Shown here one piece after another: positions 10,870 through 21,237 of a stretch of 64,000 nucleotides of DNA. The translations under genes and the position numbers were made by a program. The DNA lies in contig CAVXGK010000002.1 of assembly GCA_963761305.1 (NCBI GenBank), positions 3,072,001 to 3,136,000 on the forward strand, given 5' to 3'. Every line of letters starts with the position of its first letter. The first letter of the stretch is position 1. The notes beneath the pieces were generated by a model, which was given only the letters and a program-made list of their open reading frames with translations, had not been told where the DNA came from and made no database searches. The stretch comes from an uncultured Gemmatimonadaceae bacterium (GTDB lineage: Bacteria; Gemmatimonadota; Gemmatimonadetes; Gemmatimonadales; Gemmatimonadaceae).

Positions 10870-11379
10870 TCATCGGCACTTGGCGATCTTGCGCAGATGG
10901 TTCGGGTGCAGCGCCCACTCGAGCGTGCCGCTGCACTTTTTCGGCGCGCCCTTGAAGGACAGAAAGCACGCGCCTCCCTTCTTCAGCTCCAGATGCGACT
11001 CATCGATGCCGCTGATCAGCCACGTGACGAGCGCGCTCAACTGTGGCTCGTGGCCGACCACAGCCACGACCGGATGATCGTGCTCGGCGACCCATCCCAC
11101 GAAATCCTCGAACGGCGCCTTGGGTCGGAGCGCGTCGGTCGTCGAATGGATGTCAAGCCCATACTCTTCCGCGACGATTTCCGCCGTCTCGCGGGCCCGC
11201 GTCAGGGGACTGGTGGCGATCAGCGAGATCTTCGGTGCGATCGTGCGCAGACCTTCGGCGCACTGCACCATCTTGTACCGCCCTTCGGGGGTGAGCGGCC
11301 GGAGATCGTCTTCCTGGCCGGTCTTCGAGAATGAGTCACGGTCTTCCGCGATCGCGTGACGAATGACGAGCAAGTGCAT
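10870..11379 (-). CDS. sixA: Phosphohistidine phosphatase SixA
   Basis: LLVIRHAIAE, RPLT, SPLTRARETA, VGHEP, LKKGG. Confidence 0.85.
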   Translation of the reverse strand: MHLLVIRHAIAEDRDSFSKTGQEDDLRPLTPEGRYKMVQCAEGLRTIAPKISLIATSPLTRARETAEIVAEEYGLDIHSTTDALRPKAPFEDFVGWVAEHDHPVVAVVGHEPQLSALVTWLISGIDESHLELKKGGACFLSFKGAPKKCSGTLEWALHPNHLRKIAKCR

Positions 11380-11409
11380 AGGCGGCGGCATCCCTCCAGT
11401 GGAGATCAG

Positions 11410-12192
11410 ATGAGCACGATTCGACGAGTCACCCTGATGCTGGCAAGTCTCGCGCTACCGCTTCGCCTCGCCGCGCAAAAGCCCGAGCCCGCTAAGTCCG
11501 ACCAACCGTGGCCGACGGGCACCTTCTCCATTCTCGCCTACGACCCGGCGACCGGCGAGCTCGGGGGTGCGGTTCAGTCGCGCGTGTTCTCGGTAGGCAA
11601 CGGCGTTTTGTCCGCCGAAGCGAACGTCGGCGTCGTGGCGACACAGGCGATCGTGGACGTCGGCTACGGTCCGCAGGCGCTCGCGCTGCTCCGACAAGGC
11701 ATGGACGCCGAGCAGGTCGTGAAGACGGTGTGGGGCCAGGACCCGGATCCGCGTCCCACCGACTGGTCGAAGGAAGGAAGACAGTTCGCTGTCGTGGACG
11801 CGAAGGGCAACGTCTTCGCCTACACCGGACCCAAGGCGACCCCGTGGGCCGGCAACAAGGCGTGCACGGCGCCGAATACGCATTGTACCGCGCAGGGAAA
11901 CATCCTCGCCGGTTCGGCGGTGGTCGACAGCATGGTGGCCCTCTTCGAGCGCACGCCCGGCCATCTCGCGTACCGGCTCCTGGCGGCGCTCGAGGGCGGA
12001 CAGCTCGCCGGCGGCGACAAGCGCGGGCAGGAGTCGGCGGCGATGGTCATCGTGAAGAAGAACGGCGGCGTCTGGCTGCACAACGACACCGTGCTGCGGC
12101 TCCAGGTCGACGACAATCCGGAACCGATCAAGGAACTTCGCCGGCTCGTCGAGAAGGCCGCGGCCCAACACCAGATTCCGGCCGCGCCGTAG
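11410..12192 (+). CDS. DUF1028 family Ntn-hydrolase-like secreted protein
   Basis: Signal peptide, then TFSILAYDP.TGELG.AVQS, VATQA, RQFAVVD, AQGNILAG, GGDKRG.ESAA. Confidence 0.85.
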   Translation: MSTIRRVTLMLASLALPLRLAAQKPEPAKSDQPWPTGTFSILAYDPATGELGGAVQSRVFSVGNGVLSAEANVGVVATQAIVDVGYGPQALALLRQGMDAEQVVKTVWGQDPDPRPTDWSKEGRQFAVVDAKGNVFAYTGPKATPWAGNKACTAPNTHCTAQGNILAGSAVVDSMVALFERTPGHLAYRLLAALEGGQLAGGDKRGQESAAMVIVKKNGGVWLHNDTVLRLQVDDNPEPIKELRRLVEKAAAQHQIPAAP

Positions 12193-12198
12193 CTACGA

Positions 12199-13689
12199 CT
12201 ACGGCACCGTCCGCGCGCGCTTCTTCATCAGCGCCTCGATCTCGGCGATCTCGCGCGGTGCGGTGCTCAGTCGCTCGAGACCGGTGTCCGTGATCAGGTA
12301 GTCGTCTTCGATCCGGACGCCGGTACCTTCGTAGCGCGCGACCACCGGCTTCACCTTCGCGATGAACGCGCGGTTCTTCGGCGTATCGGGAAGCGCGTCA
12401 AGCATGCGCGCGCTCACGTAGATCCCCGGCTCGATGGTGAACACATCACCGGGCCGATAAACCCGATCGCCGTACGAGAACTGCGCGGGGTCGTGAACGG
12501 CGAGACCGAGGCCGTGGCTGATGCCATGGATCATCCACAGCATTCCCTGCCTGCACATCGCCGGCGTACGCTCGCAGTTGGCTTGCCACGGCGGATCGAA
12601 CGTCGCGTCCTCGCTCTCGATCAAGCCGAGCTTCGCGAGCCCGCGCGAGCGAACGGCGACGGACGAGTCCTGCGCCACTGCGGCCGATTTGCCGGGAACC
12701 GCGTTCCGTTCCGCCGCCGCCTGCGCGTCGCGCACGAGTTGGTACATCGCGCGCTGGTCCGCCGTGTACGTGCCGCTCACCGGAATCGTCCGCGTGATGT
12801 CGGCGGCGTAGCCTTCGTATTCCGTCGCCGCGTCGATGACGACCACGTCGCCCGGTTTCGTTTCGCCGCGGTCTTTCATGTAATGCAACTGCGTTCCGTT
12901 GAGCCCCGACCCGACGATCGATCCGTACGCCGGCCGCGCTCCCCCGAGGCGCATGAACGTGTACTCGAGCGCGGCTTGAAGCTCGTACTCGTGCGCCGGC
13001 ATCGGCGCGGTCATGGCCGCGCGATGGCCTTCCGAGCTGATCTCCGCCGCCTTTCTCAGCAGCGCGATCTCCGCCGCGCTCTTCTTGGCGCGCAGCTGAT
13101 CCACGAGCGGCGACGCATCCTTCGCGACGAGTCCGGGATGTCGCGACACGAGTCCGCGCACGAACGACCGCCCTCGCGTGAGCGAGTCGGCGCGCGAGAA
13201 GTCGGCGTCCTCGAAATCATCCAGCGTGAAGAGCGGCAGGCCGCTGGCCGCCAACGAGTCGGTCACCGCGCCGACCGCCGAGAATGAGCGGGCGCGAACC
13301 TGCTGCGTGCGGACGACGGCGGCCGAATCGGGCCGCCATCCATAGTAGAACGCCGAGCGCGGATCGGCCGGCGTGAGAAACAGCGTCGTCGTTCCGACGC
13401 CGTGGCGCACGACCATCACCATCGCCGCGTCGGCTTCGTCGAAATTGGTGAGGTAGTGAAACGCCGGCAGTTGATGGAACGGCCCGAAGTCGTTGATCGG
13501 CGTCCGTTCCCCGAACGCGACCACGAAGCCGCTGTCGATCTTCTTCGCCAACGCCTCCCGCCGCGCCGCGAACTCACGCTCGGTGATCTGCGCCCGCGCC
13601 ACCGGCGCCGCGCCGAGCACGAGCAACGAGAGCAACGAGAGCAACGAGAGCAACGAGAACATCGCCAACGAATGCGTTCGGAACGTCAT
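12199..13689 (-). CDS. Xaa-Pro aminopeptidase (M24B), secreted
   Basis: FHYLTNF.E, LHY, D.ATEY.GYAADITRT, HGISHGLGL.VHD, TIEPGIY, GVRIEDD. Confidence 0.9.
   Translation of the reverse strand: MTFRTHSLAMFSLLSLLSLLSLLVLGAAPVARAQITEREFAARREALAKKIDSGFVVAFGERTPINDFGPFHQLPAFHYLTNFDEADAAMVMVVRHGVGTTTLFLTPADPRSAFYYGWRPDSAAVVRTQQVRARSFSAVGAVTDSLAASGLPLFTLDDFEDADFSRADSLTRGRSFVRGLVSRHPGLVAKDASPLVDQLRAKKSAAEIALLRKAAEISSEGHRAAMTAPMPAHEYELQAALEYTFMRLGGARPAYGSIVGSGLNGTQLHYMKDRGETKPGDVVVIDAATEYEGYAADITRTIPVSGTYTADQRAMYQLVRDAQAAAERNAVPGKSAAVAQDSSVAVRSRGLAKLGLIESEDATFDPPWQANCERTPAMCRQGMLWMIHGISHGLGLAVHDPAQFSYGDRVYRPGDVFTIEPGIYVSARMLDALPDTPKNRAFIAKVKPVVARYEGTGVRIEDDYLITDTGLERLSTAPREIAEIEALMKKRARTVP
13621..13656. 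repeat. Four perfect tandem copies of the 9-mer GAGCAACGA, inside the M24 signal peptide (encodes SLL repeats)
   Basis: Read directly: gagcaacga x4. Confidence 0.95.
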
Positions 13690-13743
13690 CGTCCCTCTCA
13701 TCACAGGTTGTTGGCCGTCACGCCGTCCACCGGTCCACCCGCG

Positions 13744-16593
13744 CTACGGATTCGCCTTCCCATTCTCCGGCAGCAACACGAATCGCGCGTAGTTCTTCGT
13801 GTCGAAATACTTCCGAGCCGCGTCCTGAATCTGCGCCGCGGTGAGCCCGGCCAACATCTGATCGTACGGCTTGAGCAGGCCCGTGAGATCCTCGCCGGCC
13901 TGATGGCGCGCCATGATGTTCCCCAGCCAGTAGCCGTTCTGTTTGATCTCGACTTCGCGCGCCCGCGTGAGCTGCTCCTTCACCTTGCCGACGTCCGCCG
14001 CAGACGGCACGGTCGCCTTGAGCGAGTCGATCATCGCGAACACGGTCTTCGACAACATCTCGACGTTTTCCGGCGACGAGTTGAACTGAACGGTGATGTC
14101 GTACTCCGGACGCGGAATGCGACCGCAGCCGCCGCCGACGCTCGGGCTGTAGGTCCCGCCGAGCTTCTCGCGCAACTCTTCGTCGAGCTTGATCTGGAAA
14201 TACTCCATCAGCGCACGGAACGCAAAACGCGTTTCGGGCGAGTACGTGCACGCGCCCGTGAACTCGATGCGTGTGTCGGCCTTCGGCTCGACACCCTTGC
14301 GGACCACCTTCTCCACCACGCCCTTCGGCGGCTCCACACCGACGTCGCGGAACGTCTCTCCCTTGTGCGTCGACGGTAGCGATGCCAGGTACTCCTCCAC
14401 GAGCGGCTTGAGCGTCACGGTGTCGACGTTGCCAACGAACAGGAAGGTGAAGTTGCTCGCGTCGGCGAAGCGATCCCTGTAGAACGCCAACGCCTTCTGG
14501 GGATTCAGTTCGCCGAACACCGCGGCGGTGAGTGGACGCGCACGGAAGTGGTGCTGCGCCATCGTCCACGTCACCGTGTCGATGAACACCTGGTCGGGAT
14601 CGTTCCCCTTGTCGGCGAAGTACGCCGCCGCCTGATTCTTCCACGCGCCGAATGCCACCGAGTCGAACCGCGGCGCCGTGAAGTCGAGATACGCAAGTTG
14701 GAAAAGCGTCTCGATATCCTTTGGCGACGCGTGTCCGCTGAGCCCTTCGCTCGTTTCGCCGATCGTCGGAGCCGCCGCGGCGGCCTTGCCGGCCAGCTTC
14801 TTTCCGAGATCGATCGCGTTGAACGCGCCGATGCCGCTCACGTTGATGACTTCCGAGGCGAATCCCGCCGAGATGTAGTTGGAGTCCGGCGCGAGCGACG
14901 ACCCGCCCATCGCCGACGCGCTGAACAACACTTCGTCGTCCTTGAAGTCGGTCGGCTTCACCATCACGTGCGCGCCGTTCGACAACGTCCAGTCGGTCAC
15001 GCCTACCGCTGGAATCGTCTTCGACGCGACGATCTTGCCGGCCGCCGGTGCATTCGGCACCAGCTCGGCGCCCGACAACGTCTCGGTGTAGGCCACCACC
15101 GGCGTCTTCGCCGTTCGGTCGAACACCGCCTTGAGCTCGGCCGGTGTCGGCACCTTCACGCTGTCCTTCTGCGGCGATTCGGCGATGATCACGCGGTTCT
15201 CGTCCGTGATCCACGCGCTCGCCATCTTGTTCACTTCCGCCAGCGTGATCGTCGGCACGAGCTGCTGCACGATCCTGTACTCGTACTCGATGCCCGGGAA
15301 CGGCTCGCCGTTCAGATAGTTGTCCACGTATTCCTGCACGTACGACGCCGATTGCGTCTTGTCACGCTCGGCGTACGCGCGCTCATACCCGCGCAGCATG
15401 TTCTGCTTCGCGCGATCCAACTCGCTCTGCAGGAATCCGAACTGGTCTACGCGCTTCGCCTCGAGCAGAATCGCCTGGAGACCCGCGTCGATCGTGCCGT
15501 TCTTCACGCTGGCGGCGAGCGTGAACGCGTCGCTCTCCCGTCCGATGAACGACCCCTTCGACGCGTCGGCGCCGAGGAACGGCGCGTCCGGCTTCTGCGC
15601 GATCTCTTCGAGGCGTGCGTTCAGCATCGTGAGATACAGCCGCTCCATCAAGTCGCGCCGGTAGTCGCCGACCGTCTTGGTCTTCTCGATCGGCAGCTTG
15701 AAGAGCAAGCTCACGTCCGAACCCTGCGCTTCCTTGTCCGACGCGACGGCGATGAGCGGCTCCTTGTTCGGCGGCACGGTGATCGTCGGCCGTTTCGTGG
15801 GATTCACCGCCTTCGGAATTCCCCCGAAGTGCTTCTTGATTTGCGCCTCGATCACCGCCGGATCGAAGTCGCCGACGGCGATCACCGCCTGGAGGTCCGG
15901 CCGATACCACGTCTTATAGAAGGACCGCACGCGCGCCGGCGTCGCGGTCATGATGCTCTGCTCGTTGCCGATCGGCAGCCGCTCGGCATAGAGCGATCCG
16001 CGAAGCGCGATCGGCAGCCACTGATGCAGCATGCGATCGCCCGCGCCTTTCCCGAGCCGCCATTCTTCGCGCACGACGCCACGCTCGTTCGCGACTTCGG
16101 CGGAATCGAGCGTCTCGCCGTGCGCCCAATCCGCGAGGATCGTGAACGCCTGATCGACGATCCGCGCCGTGTCGGTTGGGATCGGGAGGATGTAGATGGT
16201 CTCGTCGAAATCCGTGGAGGCGTTGAGGTCCGCGCCGAATCGTACGCCTATGGACTGCAAGTACTTGACGAGATCGTTGTGATTGAAATGCGTCGTGCCG
16301 TTGAACGCCATGTGCTCGACGAAGTGCGCTAGTCCGAGCTGGTTCTCGTTCTCGAGCACCGAGCCCGCGTTTTCGACCAGCCGCAACTCGGCGCGCTTCT
16401 CCGGCTTGTGATTGACGCGGATGTAGTAGCGAAGCCCGTTCGGCAGCGTCCCGACGCGCACTTTCGGGTCGTTCGGCAACGGGGACGAGGCCGACGGCGC
16501 GGCGCTGGGCGGCGCTTTCTGCGCCGCGACCGGTGTGAGAGCCGCGAGGCAGAGAAGCGCGGCTCTCACATATCGAGTCAGAGAATTGGACAT
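13744..16593 (-). CDS. M16 family zinc protease (PqqL-like insulinase), secreted
   Basis: GLAHFVEHMAFNGT (HxxEH), LNASTDFDETIY, ERGVVREE, and a second half with WTLSNG and LREKLGGTY. Confidence 0.92.
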   Translation of the reverse strand: MSNSLTRYVRAALLCLAALTPVAAQKAPPSAAPSASSPLPNDPKVRVGTLPNGLRYYIRVNHKPEKRAELRLVENAGSVLENENQLGLAHFVEHMAFNGTTHFNHNDLVKYLQSIGVRFGADLNASTDFDETIYILPIPTDTARIVDQAFTILADWAHGETLDSAEVANERGVVREEWRLGKGAGDRMLHQWLPIALRGSLYAERLPIGNEQSIMTATPARVRSFYKTWYRPDLQAVIAVGDFDPAVIEAQIKKHFGGIPKAVNPTKRPTITVPPNKEPLIAVASDKEAQGSDVSLLFKLPIEKTKTVGDYRRDLMERLYLTMLNARLEEIAQKPDAPFLGADASKGSFIGRESDAFTLAASVKNGTIDAGLQAILLEAKRVDQFGFLQSELDRAKQNMLRGYERAYAERDKTQSASYVQEYVDNYLNGEPFPGIEYEYRIVQQLVPTITLAEVNKMASAWITDENRVIIAESPQKDSVKVPTPAELKAVFDRTAKTPVVAYTETLSGAELVPNAPAAGKIVASKTIPAVGVTDWTLSNGAHVMVKPTDFKDDEVLFSASAMGGSSLAPDSNYISAGFASEVINVSGIGAFNAIDLGKKLAGKAAAAAPTIGETSEGLSGHASPKDIETLFQLAYLDFTAPRFDSVAFGAWKNQAAAYFADKGNDPDQVFIDTVTWTMAQHHFRARPLTAAVFGELNPQKALAFYRDRFADASNFTFLFVGNVDTVTLKPLVEEYLASLPSTHKGETFRDVGVEPPKGVVEKVVRKGVEPKADTRIEFTGACTYSPETRFAFRALMEYFQIKLDEELREKLGGTYSPSVGGGCGRIPRPEYDITVQFNSSPENVEMLSKTVFAMIDSLKATVPSAADVGKVKEQLTRAREVEIKQNGYWLGNIMARHQAGEDLTGLLKPYDQMLAGLTAAQIQDAARKYFDTKNYARFVLLPENGKANP

Positions 16594-16744
16594 GGTCGAA
16601 TGTTACCCGGTCGAGGCGTTCTCGTTGCCGTCCGCGGTGTGTCGGACTCGGCTTTCAGTATAGGTTGACCGCCACTGGCCACGCCGAGTCGACGACGACT
16701 CGCGGCCGCGAACTCCCCGAATTCATATGAGGGTGGACGCCAAG

Positions 16745-19700
16745 ATGCGACGCCGATTCCCACGTCGTACAAGCGCTTTACTGTTTGCCATCACCGTTCT
16801 TTCATGCGTCGGCACCACGAGCCCGGATGCTCCGGCCAAGAAGGTCGGGCCGGCGGGGCTGGACATAACGTCGACGCGTCCGCCCGTCGTCATCAGCCAG
16901 GTTTACGGAGGCGGCGGCAACTCCGGCGCGCCGGTCTCGAACGACTTCATCGAGCTGTTCAACCCCGGCATCGCGGCGGTGTCGCTCGCTGGGTGGAGCG
17001 TTCAGTACGGGTCCACGACGAGTACCGCCGCGTGGCAGGTGACCGCACTGACGGGCTCGATTCCGCCGGGCGGCTACTACTTGGTGGAAGAAGCGATCGG
17101 CGCGAACAGCCCACCCGTGGCCTCGCTGCCCACCGCTGACGCAACCGGTGCGATCGCGATGGCCGCGGGGGCGGCGCGTGTTGCGCTCGTGAACACGACG
17201 ACCGCGATCGTCACGAATCCCGCCTCGTGCCCCACCGGCGTCGCCTCGGTGGTCGACCTCGTGTCGTACGGCTCGACATCGTGCGCGGGAACGTTGACCA
17301 CGGCGGCGCTGACCAACACCACGTCGGCTTCGCGCAACGACAGCGGATGCGCCTGGACGGGGGCCTCGCAGACCGACTTCACGATCGGGGCGCCCGCGCC
17401 GCGCAACAGCACGACGCCGAGCCACGCGTGCGGCAGCGGCACCACGGGCCCGCTCGATCACATCAAGCTCGGCGGACCGACGTCCGTCGTCCTCGGCTCG
17501 AGCATCCAGCTCACCGCCACGGGCTTCGACGCGTCGAACAATCAGCTCAACCCGCAGCCGACGATCACCTGGTCGTCTGACACGCCCACCAACGTCGACA
17601 TAAATCCGACGACGGGCAACGCGTCGGGCGTCGCCATCGGCACGGCCAACGTCACGGCGACGTCGGGCAGCGTGAGCGCGACCGTGCAGATCACCGTCAT
17701 CACACCGACGAACGGCGTGGTCATCAGCCAGGTCTACGGCGGCGGCGGCAATTCGGGCGCGACGTTCAAGAACGACTTCATCGAATTGTTCAATCGCGGC
17801 GGCGCGGCCGTCTCGGTCGACGGCTGGAGCGTGCAGTACATGTCGGCGAACGCGACCGGCACGTGGCAGGTGACGGCGCTCAGCGGTTCGATCCCGCCGA
17901 ACAGCTACTATCTCGTGCAGGAGGCGGCCGGCGCCGCAGGCACGACGAATTTGCCGACGCCGCAGACGATCGGCACGATCGCGATGTCGCAGAGCGACGC
18001 CCGCGTCGCCCTCGTGAACACCACGACGGCCCTCACCACGTCCGGCCAGGGCGCCTGCCCGACGGCGGCCGCCAGCGTCGTCGATCTCGTCGCGTACGGC
18101 ACCACGCAGTGTCCCGCGACCTTCGACGCGCCGACGCTCAGCGCCACGACCGCCGACCTCCGCATCAACGGCGGATGCGAGTATTCAGCAAATCCTAATG
18201 CCGATTTCGTGGTCGGCTCGCCGAATCCGCGCACCGCGGCCACGCCGGCGCGCTCGTGCACCCTCGGTCCGATCGACCACATCACCGTGACCGGCGCGGC
18301 CGCGGTCGGCGTCGGCGGTGTGACGACCCTCAAGGCGACGGCGTTCGACAATACGGCGAACAACAACATTCTCACCCACACCACGTTCACCTGGTCGTCC
18401 GACAGCCCGAACGCCACGGTCGACCAAACAGGGCGTGTGACGGGCGTGACGATCGGCCCGGCGAACGTCAGCGCCGCGAGCAACGGGAAGACGGGCACCC
18501 TCGCGATGAGCGTCGTCGACCCGAACGCGCCGGCGACGATCACCCTCACGTCCAAGTCGGCCATCCCGTATCCCGCCGGCTACGTCGACGTACTGCTCTC
18601 CGCCGTCACCAACGGCCTCGGCTCGACGGTCACGCCGACGCTCACGTGGACGACGAGCGACCCCAACGTCGCGACGGTCGACCAGCAGGGCAGCGTCCTC
18701 GGTGTGGGCGCGGGTCCGGTGACGATCACCGCGACGGCACCGAACAACGTGTCGGGCACCGAGCACCTCACGATCGAGCCGCACACCGCCGCGACGACGG
18801 CGATCTACCGCGATCACCTTGCGTTCGGCGCGCCCGTCGGCGCCGATCCGAGCGACATCGTGTTGAGCAAGACGCAGTACGTCGTGTCGTACAACCCCAA
18901 CCGCCTCGGCACGGACTGGGTGTCGTGGAATCTCAACGGATCGCAGTTCGGTCCGGCGCCTCGCTGCAACTGCTTCAGCCCCGATCCGGATCTCCCGGCG
19001 AACGTCTATCACGTCACCGACTTCGACTACACCGGCAGCGGCTACGACCGCGGCCACATGACGACGTCCGAGGAGCGCACGACGACCGATCAGGAAAACG
19101 CGACGACCTACATCCTCACCAACGTGCTCCCGCAGCTCGACGCGAACAACGCCGGGCCGTGGGAAGGGTTTGAGAATTTTCTAAATGCGCAGGCCCAGTC
19201 GGGGAAAGAGATCTACACCGTAGCCGGCCCGCAGTGGGGCCCGACCGTGCACACCCTGCACGGCAGCGGTGCGTCCCCGAACAAGGTGCAGATTCCCGAT
19301 TTCACGTGGAAAGTCGCCGTCATCCTGAACGGCGGTCAGGGCCTCGCCGACGTGCACTCGTCGCACGACCTGCAGGTGCTCGCCGTGAAGATGCCGAACC
19401 TGAGCGCCGCGGACGCGGCGACCGGTCTGCCCGGCTCGTCGGCCGCGAATCTCTCGGGCCTCGACTATACGCCGTTCCTCACCAGCGCGCGCGCGATCGA
19501 ACAGGCGACCGGCTTGAGCCTGCTCACGGCGCTGCCGGACAGCATTCGCAACATCGTCGAGACGATGGACCATCCGCCGACCGTCTCGTTCACCGGCACC
19601 GCGGCGCTGAACGAAGGGGGCACGGCGAGCTTTGACGCGAGCGCGTCGACCGATGCGGACGCCGGCGACGCCGTGGTCAAGTATGTGTGGAACTTCGGCG

Positions 19701-21022
19701 ACGGCACGCCGGCGGTGAGCGGCACGACGCCCACCGTCACGCACGTCTTCGCGGACAACGGCAACTTCACCGTCACGCTCGCGGCGTACGACCTCCAGGG
19801 CGCGAGCGGCGTGGCGACGAAAGTGGTCGCGGTCGCCAACGTTGCTCCGACCGCCACGTTCACGGCGCCAACCACCGGCGTCGAAGGCTCGCCGTTCGCG
19901 CTCAAGTTCACCGGCGGCACGGATGTGTCGTCGGTCGATGCCGCGACGCTCACCTATGCGTTCGATTGCGGCACCGGCACCTACGGCACCGCGTCGCCGG
20001 CGGCGACCGCGACGTGCACGCCGCCCGACAACGGTACCTTCACCGTTCGCGGCAAGGTGCTCGACAAGGACGGCGGCTCGACCGAATACACCGCGTCCGT
20101 CGTCGTCGCCAACGCGGCGCCCACCGCCGTGCTCAACGCGCCTGCGACCGCGACGCAGGGCACGCCGTTCACGCTGTCGCTCTCCAACGTCGTCGACCCG
20201 TCGTCCGCCGACGTCGCGGCAGGACTTCAGGTGCGGTTCAACTGCGGCACCGGCTTCGGCGCCGCGTCCACCGCGACCAGCGTGAGCTGTCCCGCGAACA
20301 CCAACACCACGCTCACCGTCGGCGCGACGATCACCGACAAGGACGGCGGCACGAGCAGCTACACGGGCGCCGTCGTCGTGCAGCAGGTGCTCGCCGGCAA
20401 CACGAACAGCTGCTCCGGCAATTGCGTCATCCCGTCCGGCGCGACGCTCGGCACGGACCTCACGATCAACGCCGGTGGCGTCGTCGTCGCGCAGGGCACG
20501 TTGAACGGCAACGTCACCATCGGCGCGGGCGGAAAGCTCCAGCTCGCCGGCGGCTCGGCGTCGAAGAATCTCGACCTGCGGTCGGGTGCCACGCTCGTCG
20601 CGCAGGGTGGTACCATCGGCGGCAACGTGCAGGGCGCCGGCGCAGTGAGTCTCGACGCCGGCACCAGCGTCGTCGGCAATCTCCAATTGGTCGGCGCGAC
20701 GAGCATCTCCGTCGCCGCGACGGTCAAGGGCGGCTTTCAGATCACCAACCTGACGGGCGCCGGCGCGATCTGCGGCGCGCGAATCCAGGGCGATCTCCAG
20801 CTCGTGGGCGGCGGCGCCCAGAGCGCGTTGACACTCGGCGACGGATCCGAGTGCGGCGGCAACACTGTCGGCGGGAACATGATGGTCACCGCGAACCGCG
20901 GCACCGTGTCGGTCGTCGGCAACGTCATCACCGGCAACCTGCAGTGCCAGTCCAACACGACAATCACGTCGAGCGGCAACACGACGATCAACGGCAAGAA
21001 GCAAGGCCAGTGCACGCAGTGA
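16745..21022 (+). CDS. Giant secreted/lipoprotein DNA/RNA non-specific endonuclease: 2x lamin-tail domain, Ig-like (Big_2) repeats, NucA/EndoG-type nuclease, PKD repeats, C-terminal beta-helix
   Basis: Lipobox-like TVLSC. Two VVISQVYGGGGNSGA..NDFIELFN units. TWSSD/TWTTSDPNVATVD Ig repeats. YVVSYN..WVSW, GYDRGH (19046-19057), TNVLPQ..N.GPW. WNFGDG PKD motif. GN/GG-rich beta-solenoid tail. Confidence 0.88.
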   Translation: MRRRFPRRTSALLFAITVLSCVGTTSPDAPAKKVGPAGLDITSTRPPVVISQVYGGGGNSGAPVSNDFIELFNPGIAAVSLAGWSVQYGSTTSTAAWQVTALTGSIPPGGYYLVEEAIGANSPPVASLPTADATGAIAMAAGAARVALVNTTTAIVTNPASCPTGVASVVDLVSYGSTSCAGTLTTAALTNTTSASRNDSGCAWTGASQTDFTIGAPAPRNSTTPSHACGSGTTGPLDHIKLGGPTSVVLGSSIQLTATGFDASNNQLNPQPTITWSSDTPTNVDINPTTGNASGVAIGTANVTATSGSVSATVQITVITPTNGVVISQVYGGGGNSGATFKNDFIELFNRGGAAVSVDGWSVQYMSANATGTWQVTALSGSIPPNSYYLVQEAAGAAGTTNLPTPQTIGTIAMSQSDARVALVNTTTALTTSGQGACPTAAASVVDLVAYGTTQCPATFDAPTLSATTADLRINGGCEYSANPNADFVVGSPNPRTAATPARSCTLGPIDHITVTGAAAVGVGGVTTLKATAFDNTANNNILTHTTFTWSSDSPNATVDQTGRVTGVTIGPANVSAASNGKTGTLAMSVVDPNAPATITLTSKSAIPYPAGYVDVLLSAVTNGLGSTVTPTLTWTTSDPNVATVDQQGSVLGVGAGPVTITATAPNNVSGTEHLTIEPHTAATTAIYRDHLAFGAPVGADPSDIVLSKTQYVVSYNPNRLGTDWVSWNLNGSQFGPAPRCNCFSPDPDLPANVYHVTDFDYTGSGYDRGHMTTSEERTTTDQENATTYILTNVLPQLDANNAGPWEGFENFLNAQAQSGKEIYTVAGPQWGPTVHTLHGSGASPNKVQIPDFTWKVAVILNGGQGLADVHSSHDLQVLAVKMPNLSAADAATGLPGSSAANLSGLDYTPFLTSARAIEQATGLSLLTALPDSIRNIVETMDHPPTVSFTGTAALNEGGTASFDASASTDADAGDAVVKYVWNFGDGTPAVSGTTPTVTHVFADNGNFTVTLAAYDLQGASGVATKVVAVANVAPTATFTAPTTGVEGSPFALKFTGGTDVSSVDAATLTYAFDCGTGTYGTASPAATATCTPPDNGTFTVRGKVLDKDGGSTEYTASVVVANAAPTAVLNAPATATQGTPFTLSLSNVVDPSSADVAAGLQVRFNCGTGFGAASTATSVSCPANTNTTLTVGATITDKDGGTSSYTGAVVVQQVLAGNTNSCSGNCVIPSGATLGTDLTINAGGVVVAQGTLNGNVTIGAGGKLQLAGGSASKNLDLRSGATLVAQGGTIGGNVQGAGAVSLDAGTSVVGNLQLVGATSISVAATVKGGFQITNLTGAGAICGARIQGDLQLVGGGAQSALTLGDGSECGGNTVGGNMMVTANRGTVSVVGNVITGNLQCQSNTTITSSGNTTINGKKQGQCTQ

Positions 21023-21052
21023 TCGCGCGGCCAGCGCGATGAACGGCCCCCC

Positions 21053-21092
21053 CCGCGGCGGAGCTCGAGCTCCGTCGCGGTTTTGTTTGTTC
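21053..21092 (+). terminator. Intrinsic terminator after the nuclease gene
   Basis: ccgcggcggagc-tcga-gctccgtcgcgg followed by ttttgtttgtt. Confidence 0.8.
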
Positions 21093-21237
21093 GGGTTCTC
21101 TCGCTCCCCCTCCCCGGAGACAACTCCACATGCGCTCGTAGCCAACAGCGCGCGCGGCGCGCAGATTACCGCCCGAGTCCCGGTGCCGCCCATGATGAGG
21201 CACGGACGCGAAATGGCCGTAATCCGAGAGGAACTGC

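Noticed and set aside
21190..21224. Hammerhead-like words (ATGATGAG...CGAAA...GTA)
   Set aside because: The core would need CUGANGA and a proper stem II and stem III; neither forms.
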